Part shown: one piece after another, positions 27,190 through 39,119 of the stretch
How positions within the stretch are numbered: the stretch's first letter is position 1
How the letters are laid out: every line of letters begins with the position of its first letter
Origin: Gracilinanus agilis
Lineage: Eukaryota
DNA: 64,000 nucleotides
Assembly: GCF_016433145.1 (NCBI RefSeq)
Contig: NC_058130.1
Span: 631,537,608 to 631,601,607 of the forward strand
Reading direction: 5' to 3'
Notes under the pieces: model-generated
What the model saw: only the letters and a program-made list of their open reading frames with translations
Told to the model about the DNA's origin: nothing
Database searches by the model: none
Made by a program: the position numbers and the translations under genes

Positions 27190-28460
27190 CAAGTCGAGAA
27201 GCATTTATTAAGCACCTTCTGTGCACCAGGCCCTGTGTGCTAGGGGTTGGGGGGGGTAGAAGGAAAAGTAAAAACAGTCCCTGGTCTCAAGGAGCTCACG
27301 ACCTATTTAGAGAAGTAATACGTAAGCAACCGTGTACAGTCAAGACATTTGCAGAGTAATGGAGTTCATCTTGGAGGTGAGATAGGGAAGCCAGGGAAAC
27401 CAGGAAGTGGAGGTGAGGCAGGAGAGAATCCCTGGTGCAGACAGCCTGGGAACATGCAGGGGGCCAGTCTGGAGATGGAGCATCTTGTCTGAGGGACAGG
27501 AGGGAGGCCTGTGTCTCTGGATCCTAGAGGAAGTGCTGGGGTACAAGGTGCAGGAAGTCTGGAAAGGTAGGAAGGCCATATAGAAGGGCTTTCAAGGCCA
27601 AATAGGAGTTTATATTTGCTTCTGCAGGTTTAAATTAAAGCCTCTAGTGTTTCGAGTTCTGAGGGTGGGCCATCACGGGGAAGAGCTGTGCTTTAGGATG
27701 TGGCTGAGAGCCCTGTTAGAGAGCCTGTTGCCACGCAGGCCCCATGCACCCCTCAGGCCATAGAGGGGACGCCTGTGGTGGCATGGGAGGAGAGAAGGAT
27801 GATTGTTCTGTCATAAGAAAGGCCAGAGAAACCCCTGTCTCTGTGCTGTGAAACGGATCCCGGCACTCCCCGCTTCATGGACTCCAAAGCCCGGGTCTGA
27901 GAGCCTGGGAGGCGGCATCCAGAGGCTGCATCAGAGACATGTCATGGGAAGTGGCTGCTGGCTTCGTCTCCATTTTAGGTTTTAAGTTTAAGCAATATCA
28001 GTGACATGAACACTGGGCGATACTAACAGGAGCTCCCATAGGACAACTCATGTGGAAAGGTGGTGCAAGCGCATGTACAGATGAGCCCCTTCCCCATACC
28101 TCCTCGTGTGGCTCCTTCTCGCCCCTCAGAAGCAGAGGGTGGCCCGGGTGGCCGCCAGAGGCCTTGGCCGCAGCTCGGAGAGGGTAGGGAGAGCCGGGAG
28201 AGGGACGCGGGAGGGTGAGCTGGCGCCCCCAGAGCATGGAAGGGTTGAGGCCGGTGATAACCGTTTGGGATGGGGGAGCCTCCTGGGGTATCCCAGGCCA
28301 TCCAGTTCAGGATGTCCAAGAAACAATTGGAGAGGCAAGATGGGAGATCAGGACAGATAATTAGAGCTGAGATTCATAGGCAGAGATGCTCATTGTATTA
28401 ATTCAAGAGAATTGATAAGATTGCTGAGGGAATTAGTCCCAGGGTCAGGTCAGTAGATAG
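27190..28460 (-). mobile_element. Decayed L2 (possibly with an L3 piece), unusually GC-rich
   Basis: L2 3' end agcatttattaagcaccttctgtgcaccagg at the left; L2-like gataattagagctgagattc...gataagattgctgaggg at the right. Confidence 0.6.
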
Positions 28461-28589
28461 ACCAATAATATCTAGCCTGCTAAGGGGAAAGAAGGAATCA
28501 AAGGAGGAAGAAGAGGAAAAGAAAGAGGCAGAGACAGGAGGTCCCAAAGGGTTGGGTTTATTGGAAAATTGAGGATGACTCCATAGCCA

Positions 28590-28830
28590 TATGACATAAT
28601 GGATAGAGAATGGGACTTGTAGTCAGGAAGACCTGAGTTCAGATCCTGCCTCAGACATTTACTAGCTGCAGGATTCCAGGCTAGTTCACTAAATCTCTTT
28701 GTCTCCATTTCCTTGTTGGTAAAATGCAGATAATAACCTACCTTCCGTGGTTGTTGTGAAGATCAAATGAGATATATTTATAAAGCACTTTGCAAACCAT
28801 AAAACACCCTATAAATGCTAGCTATTACTG
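28590..28830 (+). mobile_element. MIR-type SINE
   Basis: ggatagagaatgggacttgtagtcaggaagacctgagttc...aaagcactttgcaaacc. Confidence 0.85.
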
Positions 28831-29247
28831 CCAACATTTACAAGCACATGGAAAGCGATAAACTTCTTACAACTCTACAGTTCACAAACTTTACAGACAT
28901 TTATTATGTGGCACATATCAGACACTAGGATTAGAACATTCTTGCTCCTAGCTGGGATTGACTTATTTTAGCTGTGTGATTCTACTTAAGTCACTCTATT
29001 AGATAAGTTCTAAGGCTACTTCCAATGAAAAGTCCTTGGATACTTGGATACTGTTCCTTTTAGCATTGGGTGAGCATCTAAGATTAGAGCCAGCAAAGAG
29101 GAGGAGGAGGGGGTTTGGGTTTGTTTTACTGTTTCTCCTCCCTCTCCCCTAATCCCTTCAGAGATAAAGGGCACCAGCATGGGCATATTTGAATGGGGGT
29201 GGCAGAAGTCACATAGAGACATGGCAGTGTCACAATTAAGGGGGCTG

Positions 29248-29437
29248 GGGGCAGCTGGATAGCTCAGTGGATTGAGAGTCAGGCCTAGAGACGGGAGGTC
29301 CTAGGTTCAAATCTGGCCTCAGACACTTCCCAGCTGTGTGACCCTGGGCAAGTCACTTAACCCCCATTGCCCACCCTTATCACTCTTCCACCAAGGAGCC
29401 AATACACAGAAGTTAAGGGTTTAAAAAAAAAAACAAA
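29248..29437 (+). mobile_element. SINE1_Mdo-type SINE, full length with TSD
   Basis: 17-bp TSD cacaattaaggg(g/a)gctg at 29231-29247 and 29438-29454. Confidence 0.95.
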
Positions 29438-30394
29438 CACAATTAAGGGAGCTGATCTTTTCAACTTCTCTGAAAATACTGATATAAATTTCACTCAAGT
29501 ACTGCCCATGGCCCGAGGGAAATTCCAATGAGAAGGGGAGACAAAAATGAAAACTGTCCAGGAATGTGAGGGAAAGTTGCTATTTGTGTATGTGTGTTCA
29601 CACATATGCATGTAGGTGATTGCCAACACCAAATTTAAGCAATATTATTTTTAAAACACTTTTATGTTTTGTATATGGTATGTTAAAATAAATATTTTAC
29701 ATATTATTCAGGATTTTAAATTCTATAATTGCTGACAATTTATGCCATTGTAATTTCTTCCCTTGGTTGGCTTGGGGTATGTATGTATGTATGTATATGT
29801 GTATAATATACATATGTGTATATATTACTAAATAAAATTTCCTGAAAAAAAATTTAGGTACCTTTACATACATTTAAAATTAATTTTGTATTTTTCATAT
29901 TTAATGTGGTATTACCAACTTTTAAATATATAAAGAGAAAAATACTTTATCTGGCTTCATGGGACCTATGGAACTGATCTATGATATCTTATGGCTTACA
30001 AAAAGATAAAAAAAGGATTTTTAGCTTCCTGTTATTTGTGTTATTTACATGCATATATGTGAATATAGTTGTGTATATATATTTGTATATATACACACAG
30101 TTATGTATATATATGTGTGTATATAAAACTCAACACCCCAATGAGTAATGAGCAGATGTTTTACAGTTTTATAAAAATGGCTTTCTAACACATTTTCTTT
30201 TTTGTAACTGAAAAACAGATGCTGATAGTACAAATAAGCATGTTATTTTATGTGTTATCAATTAAATCATATAGTTTATTTAGTAACAGGTTATTTTTCA
30301 GAGTAAATAAAGAAGCTATTTGAAATGCTGCACAGATTTTAAACTATTTATACATTTCTTTTTTATCTGAATTATTGTTAATGTTCATTTTTAG

Positions 30395-30475
30395 GTTTTT
30401 AGATTTCTCCGTTATACAATAGGAAGGAGGAATTTGGCATCTAAAACTTTGGTGGACCAAAGATTTCTTATTTAA
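30395..30475 (+). CDS. TMEM67: TMEM67 terminal coding exon 28 (81 nt incl. TAA): VFRFLRYTIGRRNLASKTLVDQRFLI*
   Basis: tttag acceptor; stop TAA at 30473-30475. Confidence 0.97.
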   Translation, partial: VFRFLRYTIGRRNLASKTLVDQRFLI

Positions 30476-31700
30476 TTAATTCAAGGGATGAATTCAAGAC
30501 TCATTATAATCATGGCACAAAATAGTTGTGAGTTTTGGGTTGGCTTATCATATTTTAAAAATGTTAATGGTACTCTTTTTATATTCTTATTTTATCTGCT
30601 GAAAGATTTATTTTTATAACATTTTTATAATATTCCTTGTGTATATAAAATGACAGGCTTAGAAGTATTATTTCTTCATTATGTATGATACTTAAAAGTC
30701 AAAGGAAATGTCAGATGCCATCTGTCACAGAGGTGAAATTATAAATCTTCACTTTGTCTTTATGGTGTGGCAGGTCTTCTGTAGTCACAGAATATGGCTT
30801 TCCCTCCCTAACCCCACCACCATCCTTACACATATACACCCTAGTTATTTATCTTTGTAGTTCCTCTATCAATTGAAAGCCCTTCAAAACTGATTTGATT
30901 ATCTGATTGCCAATATCAGATTTAAGACATGTTATTTTAAAGCATTTGTTTTATATATGTTATGTTGAAATAAATATTATTTAAGTATCAGTTGGGATTT
31001 TAAAATTTGTAATTACTGATGCAATTTAAATCATTGTAATTTCTTCCCTTGACTGGAATGAGACTAAGTGAATTAACTCTTTGGCTAATAAATGTTTCAT
31101 GAAACTACCTTTATATTCTATAAAGTACATATATTAATAGATTCTTTCCATATAGGATATTTGTTAATATGTTGTCCTATTTTTATACTTAACATTGTCA
31201 TTAATTTACAGACATTTTCTTTCTACATGATTTTGTTAACCATTTTGTATCATTTTAAGCACTGTTTCAAAATTATGTTTTAAATCTTATATCTCCAATG
31301 CATAAATTATCATGTCCTTTGTACAAAATGTCACATTGAAAACCTTTTTATATTGCATTCTTACCATGGTTTACAAAGAAAATGGAAAGATAACTATCAG
31401 AATCCAGAATACAATTAATACAAGTTTGAGGACATCTGATTAATATGAAGTGATATTCTGTAATAATTTTAATTTGTCTTTTAAGATTCCCTGTTTGATT
31501 TGTAATCTATATTTGGACAGTATATCATATTTTAGAACAATAGTAACCAATAAGTAATATTTTAATACATTTCTTATTAAATGTCTTTGTGTCATATAAA
31601 TACTGTTTTTATTAGACTATTTTTCTTAATTGGAAATGTATATAATAAAGCCCATGGTATTTATGATTCTTGTGTATATGTTGGTTTAGAATAGGAGCCA
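30476..31700 (+). terminator. TMEM67: TMEM67 3' UTR with candidate poly(A) signals
   Basis: AATAAA at 30969, 31087 and 31644; ATTAAA at 31576; the last two have GT-rich sequence downstream. No recognisable repeat until ~31.8 kb. Cleavage site unknown. Confidence 0.6.
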
Positions 31701-32504
31701 TAGCCTTTATCACACAGAGTCTACTATTCATTTCCCCCAAATCTTAAAATTAAAATGAATAGAAGGGATAGTCAGTAGGTGCTAGTGATGCAAGGTAGAA
31801 GATATTGATAGTGCAGTCATCTAGGTAGATAGATGGATAGAGCAAACATTAAGTGCTTAATATATGCTAAATGTGGCATTAGATATTAGAGATACAAAAC
31901 AAACAAATAAACATGCAGGACATTCTGCTCTCAGGGAGCCTACATTCTGATGGAAGAAGACCATACCCAGAAGAGTGGAGGGGAAGGGCGAAGTATTCCT
32001 TTGGCCAAATGGTGGGTAGTGGGCTGGTGGGCTCTGGGGTCCTGGCAGGATAAGGCAGAAATTCATCTCTCAGGACCAGGGATAGAGTCCAGAGTTTCAG
32101 TGGGAGGAGATGAAGATGATTATAACTCATGAGGAAGACTGCATGGTGAGGAAGGGAGAGAGTAGGAGTTAGGTTTATGACTCCTGATTGGGATGAGTGA
32201 AGAACTATACATAAACTCATAGTTGGAAAGGATCTTCAAGACTGATTAAGTCCATACCTGATGAGAATTTCCCATACAGTGTCTCCTTCATTTGCTTATC
32301 TGACTTCCACCTTATGATTTCAACTGGGAGAAAACCAACCACCTCTAAAGGCATTATATTGCTTTACCTTTCCTCTCCTGCCATCATCCCCCTTTTTATA
32401 GGTTTTGGGCTACAATCCTCCATTCAGTTCAGTTCAGTAGGTATTTTTTTCTAAAAGTTTTCATCATGTCTTTTGTCTTTTTATATCAATCATTTCTGGG
32501 GGAC

Positions 32505-33100
32505 TGTGAGTGAGAAATCCCCTACCCCACCTTATGATTGGTTTATTACCAATTTTAAACTTTGGTTTCATTAAAATAATAACTTTAGCATAGGTCTTTG
32601 TATTTCATTTAATGAATATGCCTTGAACGTGTAACCTTGTTTTCTAAGAATTTATCACATAGCAGGTGTTCTTTATGTAATCCTAGCATAAGTTCAGCAA
32701 TGCAAAACTTGGGTCAAGCAATGGAAAAGGGAAGTGAAGGCACTCCCTTTTGTATCCTTATTGCAGAAGAGTCCCAAGAATAGATATCAGTTACCTCCCT
32801 TGGTGACTTTTTGGTGACCTTCTACAGATACATCCTGCTTAATCAGCCCTGGTATACTCCCTTGTTTAGATGATGCTATGATTTTTATAGTTGCTGACTT
32901 TAGTGCTTTGACAAAGCCAGAGGAAACTGCACTTTATCCGTGTGGTATATTAGGAAGCCTCTCACAAGGCTCTGGGTCTTTGGACTTCACCAGAATCTGG
33001 CTTTATTGTGAGACTGGCCCTCTTTCAATAAACCTATTTCTTTTTGGCTTGGAGACTTTGTTTCCCTTATTGGCATTTCGGATCAATAATTTTCACCACA
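32505..33100 (+). mobile_element. Solo LTR, ERV1-like (596 bp)
   Basis: TGTG...CACA termini; 4-bp TSD ggac (32501-32504, 33101-33104); TATA-like tatatta 32946; AATAAA 33027-33032 followed by a T-rich tract. Confidence 0.8.
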
Positions 33101-33234
33101 GGACAAACTCCTCCCTTCTCACCTCCACCCCCAATATGGGATTTTTTGTGATAAAAACTATCATTTAGCACAAATACCTGATATAGTAACAACATCTGAC
33201 AGTAAATGTATCATTCTGCCTTAAGAGTACACCA

Positions 33235-33428
33235 ACAGGTAGCTGAGTGGCTCAGTGGATAGAGAGCCAGGCCTGGAGTTGGGTGGATGTGGGTTAAAAT
33301 CCAGCCTCAGAGACTTCCTAGCTGTGTGACTCTGGGCAAGTTACTTAACCTTAGATGCCCAGCCCATACCACTCTTCTGCCTTGGAAACGGAATCGATTC
33401 CAAGACAGAAGGTAAGAATTTTTTTAAA
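33235..33428 (+). mobile_element. MAR1-type SINE
   Basis: aggtagctgagtggctcagtggatagagagcc...gacagaaggtaagaatt. Confidence 0.85.
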
Positions 33429-34639
33429 AGAGTCCCCCATCACTGTTGTGAGGAGAAAGGTTAATAGATTTATTGATCACCTATAGTACTACAGGCATTG
33501 GGCTGACTGTTCAGGATATACATAGACAAGACTGAAAACAGTTCTTCCTCATTGAATTTATAGACAACCAGGATAATTCATCCCCTTAATCCACTCTCAA
33601 ACAGAGAACGGCTTCAAGCTTCTCTGTCTATGGTTTTTCCTTTCCTTCCTATTTTAAAACTACCTATAATAAAGGTTCCTGATCAGCTTCCATTCTCTCC
33701 CTCTCCAATCTCTAATGGAAAATAGTCCTCCACACAACTGGGAAAATAATCTTGGTAAGACAACAACCCTGCCACAGGGTCAAGCTCAGAAAGGCTCCCT
33801 GTTCCCTTCAGGGTTCGATTATTAAGAAGGGTTGTGATCTCGTAGATTTATATTTATTTCTCCCATTGTTGCAAATCATCTTTCCCCACCCTTCAGCCCT
33901 GCCATGTCTGCCACAGTCTGTAATTCTCCTTGGTCCTCTCCTAGAGATTCTCTATGGAGGATCTCCTGTGCTAGAGTTCTTCCTCTAGGTCTTTTACTTT
34001 ATTTCATGGGCCACTCACTGAAGCACTCAAACAGGCTGTCTTCACCTTCATTACAAGACAAATCCACCTCCTCTTTTGATTTTACATCTCCTTTATCTCT
34101 TTGCCACTTCTTGAGTGCAGGTAATTGTTGTTGAAAATATAATGAAACCTGTGCCCTTCTTTGTCTCTTGGCTTACTTAGACATAAGAAATGCTATTATC
34201 AGTAGAATATTTGTATTTATCAATAAGAATATATTAAGCACTTACCATATGCTAGATACAAGTAGGCCCTGCAGATACAAAGTCAGAAATGAAGTAGTCT
34301 TCTGCCATTCATTCATTTGGGGGAGACAAATATGTACACAGGTATATACAAAGAAATACAAGGTAGTCTTGGGGGGTAGGGTAGAGAGATGGGGAGACTA
34401 GCAGCTCAAGGGACCAGGAAAGTCTTTTTATAGAAGGAGGCCCTTGAGCTGAGCCTTGAAGGAAATTTAGGATTCTAAGAGGTGGAGGTAAGAAAGGAAG
34501 GAATTCTATTCATGGGAGACAGCCTGTACAATGGCATGGTGATGGGATATGGCATTTCATACAAAGAACAGCAAGAAGGAAAGTGAAGAGTGTGTAATGG
34601 AAAGCACCATGATATTCTGGAATTTAATACAAACATGAA

Positions 34640-34850
34640 CATCTGGAGAACTTCACCATCACCAGGGAATCTCTTCTCTTTGGACTTTATGTAGGATGTC
34701 TTTCATGACAGTAGCAAATGACTTTGTGGAATATATTCAGTGGGACTGATGCTAATAATAATAATACATAAAAATAATATGTATAAAAGTACATTGGACA
34801 GATTTGTTTCTGTTGTCGAACATATCAAAGAATCTTAAATCATCTTAACA
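34640..34850 (+). mobile_element. Possible Tc1/mariner transposase fossil
   Basis: From 34644 reads WRTSPSPGNLFSLDFM*, reminiscent of WPPRSPDLTPLDFFLWG; later LDRFVSVVEHI resembles the C-terminal xxHxEHI motif. Confidence 0.3.
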
Positions 34851-35164
34851 TACGTGAGACTTGTTGAAGGAGAATTTTTAAGGTAATATTTTGCCCAAGT
34901 AATTTATCCATTTTTTTTTAAACTAACAAAAAATAAACAATGGTATTTTGTATTCATTGGACATTTAGCCAGTTGTGTGACTGCAAAGATATGGTCTACG
35001 TGGAAAATTGTGGAAGCCTGCTACACACCCACGCACATAAATATAATTTTCATAAAAGTTTTATAAAGATATGGGAATGTACATGTAAGTCATGGAGTAA
35101 TATCCACTGTTTTCCTTTATCTTTTTCCTCCTTTCCAACACATCTTTTTTATTTACTTATTCAT

Positions 35165-35335
35165 TTTTTAAAACCCTTACCTTCTATCTTGGTAATAACT
35201 AATGACAGAAAGGCAAGGGCTAGGTAAATAAGACTTAAGTGACTTACTCAAGGTCACACCTCTAGGAAGTGTCTGAGGCCAAATTTGAACCCAGGACCTC
35301 TTGACTCTGAACCTGGCTCTCTATCTATTCTTCCA
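35165..35335 (-). mobile_element. MAR1-type SINE
   Basis: ttttaaaacccttaccttctatctt...gtgtctgaggccaaatttgaaccc. Confidence 0.8.
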
Positions 35336-36269
35336 CCTTGCCACCTCCAAAATATCCCTTTTATAAAATAATCTCCCCATATATTTTAAAGCAAATCCAA
35401 ACAATATAGCAACCACTTGGACTATGTATATTCTACATTTCATGTTCATGGTTCTCACTTCTGAGCTGAGAAGGAAAGCTTCTTTATCATTTTTTCCAGG
35501 ACCAAGATTGTTCATTATGTTCCATCCCAGTTCAATCACTGTTACTAGGATGCTTTATGGTGGTCATTGTGTATATTGTTTTCTTGGTTCTGCTTTCTTC
35601 GCTGAGCTGGCATGCCTGAACCTTTGTACTCACTCTCCTCTATGCCTCGATTGCACTTAGAAGTCCTAGCTTTTTTCAAAGCGTAGTTCCAGTTCCACCT
35701 CCTAGATGGAGCCTTCCCTATTCTTTCTTCTTGAAAATCCTGTATTTATGTTCTGTGCTTTCCAGTAAAATGTAAGTTCTTTGAGGGCAGAGACCATTTC
35801 TTTTTTTTGCCTTTATGTGCCTACGGCCTGCTGCAACAGTTGGTATATAATAGGCAAATAAACAAAATTCAGTTTCCAGAATTGAATTGAACTGAATAAC
35901 CAGAACATTTATGGACAAATTGACATGGGGAAGGGAAATGATTTTTTTAAATCATAGGATTTTATGTAGTATCTTCATTTATTTGAGGCCCTGAAAATGT
36001 GTTTCTAAATTAGTTATTTTCCTTTGTTTTCTTACAAGGCACCATTTTCTTCTACCAGACCCATTATTCTTCCTACATTTCTTCAATGCTTATTTCCTTC
36101 AATTTTTATTGCATTTGCTTTAGCCAGCACTCATTTCTCAGAAACACATGAGGAATATTCCCATCATTTATTATGAAACTTGCCTGAAAGTCACACACAG
36201 CTGCTTTGTAAGGTATAATTCTGGCACTGACTCATTATTGGAATCACACAGACCTGACCATAGATGAAG

Positions 36270-36476
36270 CTTTTTTTTTTTTTAAAAACCTTTACCTTTC
36301 ATTTTAGAATCAATACTGGCTATTGGTTCCAAGACTGAAGAGTGATAAGGGCTAGGTAAATGGGGATTTAAGTGACTTGCCTAGGGTCACACATAGGAAG
36401 TGTCAGTTAATATTTGAACCCAGGACCTCCTGTCTCTAGGCCTGGCTCTCAATCCACTGAGCTACCCAGCTGCCCC
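36270..36476 (-). mobile_element. MAR1-type SINE
   Basis: ttttttaaaaacctttacctttcattttagaatc...gagctacccagctgcccc. Confidence 0.88.
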
Positions 36477-37035
36477 CATTTATGAAGCTTTTAACAAATG
36501 CTTAACCCTTGTAAGCCAATGTCTGCACTAACAAATACAGTGATATGAAAACATACCCATTGAGACAGCAATTTTGGTTGCTTAAAAGGAAAATGCAGTT
36601 CAAAATCTCTATCCTTATTTGTCTTTGTTTTAGAAACAAACTACTTTGTTACTGAATACTAGGCTACTGATTCCATACATGGTACCAACCCATCCAGAGA
36701 GCGTTTTCATTAAGTGGGTTAAAAACAATCCCAGATGATCTCCAGGTGGAGAACTGGACTAAGCCAAATTAAAATTGACCCCATGAGGCCAGATTCCCTA
36801 ATCTACTCCATAGTAGCTAGTTTAGCTTTGAGCCACCATTAATTTAACAACCTATTTCCTTAAAATAATGAGTTGGTGGTAGGGTAGCTGTGGATTCATT
36901 CCCAGTATGGTACCCGAGATGAGCTGCCCACCATGGCTGATACTATGAGCAGAGAGAAGAAATAGTGCTTCTGTAGCTGCTACCCAAGTATGCTTTGGCA
37001 TTTTCAAGGGAGATGAGAGCTTTAAATTAGCCACA

Positions 37036-37162
37036 TTCAAATCTGGCCTCAGACACTTCCTAGCTGTGTGACCCTGGGCAAGTCACTTAAACCCCCACTG
37101 CCTAGCCCTTGCTACTCTTAGAATTGGTATTGAGACAGAAGGTAAGGCTTAAAAAAAAAAAA
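37036..37162 (+). mobile_element. 5'-truncated MAR1-type SINE with TSD
   Basis: Starts at the B-box ttcaaatc; TSD aaattagccaca at 37024-37035 and 37163-37174. Confidence 0.9.
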
Positions 37163-37182
37163 AAATTAGCCACACCGGCCTG

Positions 37183-37657
37183 NNNNNNNNNNNNNNNNNN
37201 NNNNNNNNNNNNNNNNNNNNNNNNNNNNNNNNNNNNNNNNNNNNNNNNNNNNNNNNNNNNNNNNNNNNNNNNNNNNNNNNNNNNNNNNNNNNNNNNNNNN
37301 NNNNNNNNNNNNNNNNNNNNNNNNNNNNNNNNNNNNNNNNNNNNNNNNNNNNNNNNNNNNNNNNNNNNNNNNNNNNNNNNNNNNNNNNNNNNNNNNNNNN
37401 NNNNNNNNNNNNNNNNNNNNNNNNNNNNNNNNNNNNNNNNNNNNNNNNNNNNNNNNNNNNNNNNNNNNNNNNNNNNNNNNNNNNNNNNNNNNNNNNNNNN
37501 NNNNNNNNNNNNNNNNNNNNNNNNNNNNNNNNNNNNNNNNNNNNNNNNNNNNNNNNNNNNNNNNNNNNNNNNNNNNNNNNNNNNNNNNNNNNNNNNNNNN
37601 NNNNNNNNNNNNNNNNNNNNNNNNNNNNNNNNNNNNNNNNNNNNNNNNNNNNNNNNN
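37183..37657. other. Assembly gap (475 N)
   Basis: N run; followed by (CTCTT)n at 37658-37705. Confidence 1.
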
Positions 37658-37705
37658 CTCTCCTCTCTCTTCTCTTCTCTTCTCTTCTCTTCTCTTCTCT
37701 TCTCT

Positions 37706-37915
37706 TTTCCCTTAAAACTTAGGGAATTCAGTCTTAGAAGCAATACTGTGTATTGGTTTCAAGTCTTAGAAGCAATGCTGTATCGGTTTCAAGTCAGCAG
37801 CGTGGTAAGAACCAGGCGATGGGGGTTAGGTGATTGGCCCAGTGTCTAGGAAGTGTCTCAAACCAAACTTGAACTCAGGACCTACCCTCTCCAAGCCTGG
37901 CTCTCTCTCTCCACT
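37706..37915 (-). mobile_element. MAR1-type SINE with ~31-bp internal duplication
   Basis: agtcttagaagcaat(a/g)ctgt...ggtttca occurs twice (37730-37791). Confidence 0.75.
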
Positions 37916-38078
37916 CCCAAGTATTATTTTCTTGATGTGAGTGATTAAGAACCTCAGAATAGGGTTAGGGCATGCCCAGGATATTTTAAAAAGTCTTAAG
38001 AAATTAACCGTTTAAAGACTGAAGTCAGCTTGTTCAGATCTCCCTTTAGAAGTCTGCGGGCAGCACAGAACTTCAATG

Positions 38079-38097
38079 TTGACAGCAGGTGGCAGTA
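38079..38097 (+). promoter_or_regulatory. CTCF-like motif
   Basis: TTGACAGCAGGTGGCAGTA, two mismatches to TGGCCASCAGRKGGCRSYA; in a unique patch that retains CpGs. Confidence 0.45.
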
Positions 38098-39119
38098 AAG
38101 GGCATATTTTGGCAACCGGTACACAATTGCGCCTGTTATTTGGCCATTATATGTCCACTGGACTAGATGAGAGCCAGAGAAACAGTGCCCTGAAAGAGGT
38201 TTTTATACCTGAATAATTTTGGGGTTGCTATTTTGACTGCCTTTGTATCACCACTTCTACCCCTGGCCCTTTTCTGGAGCAAACATGGAGTATTCAGGTG
38301 ACCAGAATACATTCTCAGCTAGTCCACTTCAATGAACATTTATGGAGCATTTATCTCTGATTTTTCTTGCCTCTACTCCCTCCACTGCCACCATCCTAAT
38401 TTAGACTCTCATTATCTCCTTCCTTGACTATTGTCATAACAGCCTAACTAATCTTGACTTCTGTTATATTTTTTCTCCCAAATCTCTTCTCACAGCTGTA
38501 GAGATCATTCCTAATGCATAAGTTGGGTGATATCACTTCCCTGCTCAAAAAAATTCAGTGCCCTAGATTTGCTTACAGGGTAAAACTTAGCCTGTCATTC
38601 AATGCTGCCCACAACTTGTCCCATACCTGCCCTTTCAGCCTTTCAGTCTAGTTATATCTTCTCACTCTAAATTCTAGCCAAATTGTTCTACTCCAATTTT
38701 GTCCTGCCCTCTCCAGACATTGCGAATATCAGTGGTCCATCCCTCCGTGCTTACAGTGATGCCCTTGTTCAAGGTCCCCATACAGGAGACCATGACAACA
38801 TGGAACTGAAGGAGAATGAGGAGATAATGCAAGTGATCTTAGCTGGAGACTGAAAGGGACAAACTGTCCTTTGTCGACACTTGGTGACACTCCATGGCAT
38901 TTTCTGACCTCATTTTAAACTGAAGTCTCTTCCTTCCCTCATTCTGCAGTTTCAGATTTCTGCTCTGGTCAGATCAAAAAGTGATATGATCAGAGATATG
39001 TTTAAGGAATGGTTTACAGAGGAGAGAGAGACTAGAAATAGGGAAACAGGTACAAATGTATTAACTTCCTGAGAAGAAACCGGGACCAGGCTGGTAGCAG
39101 TGAGAATAGGAACAAGGAA

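Noticed and set aside
27340-28360. Several 60-98 aa ORFs in the GC-rich patch
   Set aside because: Expected from stop-codon scarcity in GC-rich DNA; no recognisable protein
29248-29330. tRNA-like sequence (GGGGCAGCTGG..A box, GGTTCAAATC B box), many copies
   Set aside because: tRNA-derived SINE heads, not tRNA genes: they continue into CORE and tail sequence and have TSDs
36739-36752. Interrupted palindrome TCTCCA-GG-TGGAGA
   Set aside because: 6-bp arms occur many times by chance in 64 kb; no supporting context
37163-37182. aaaaattagccacaccggcctg looking like primate Alu contamination at the gap edge
   Set aside because: aaattagccaca is explained as the SINE TSD (also at 37024)
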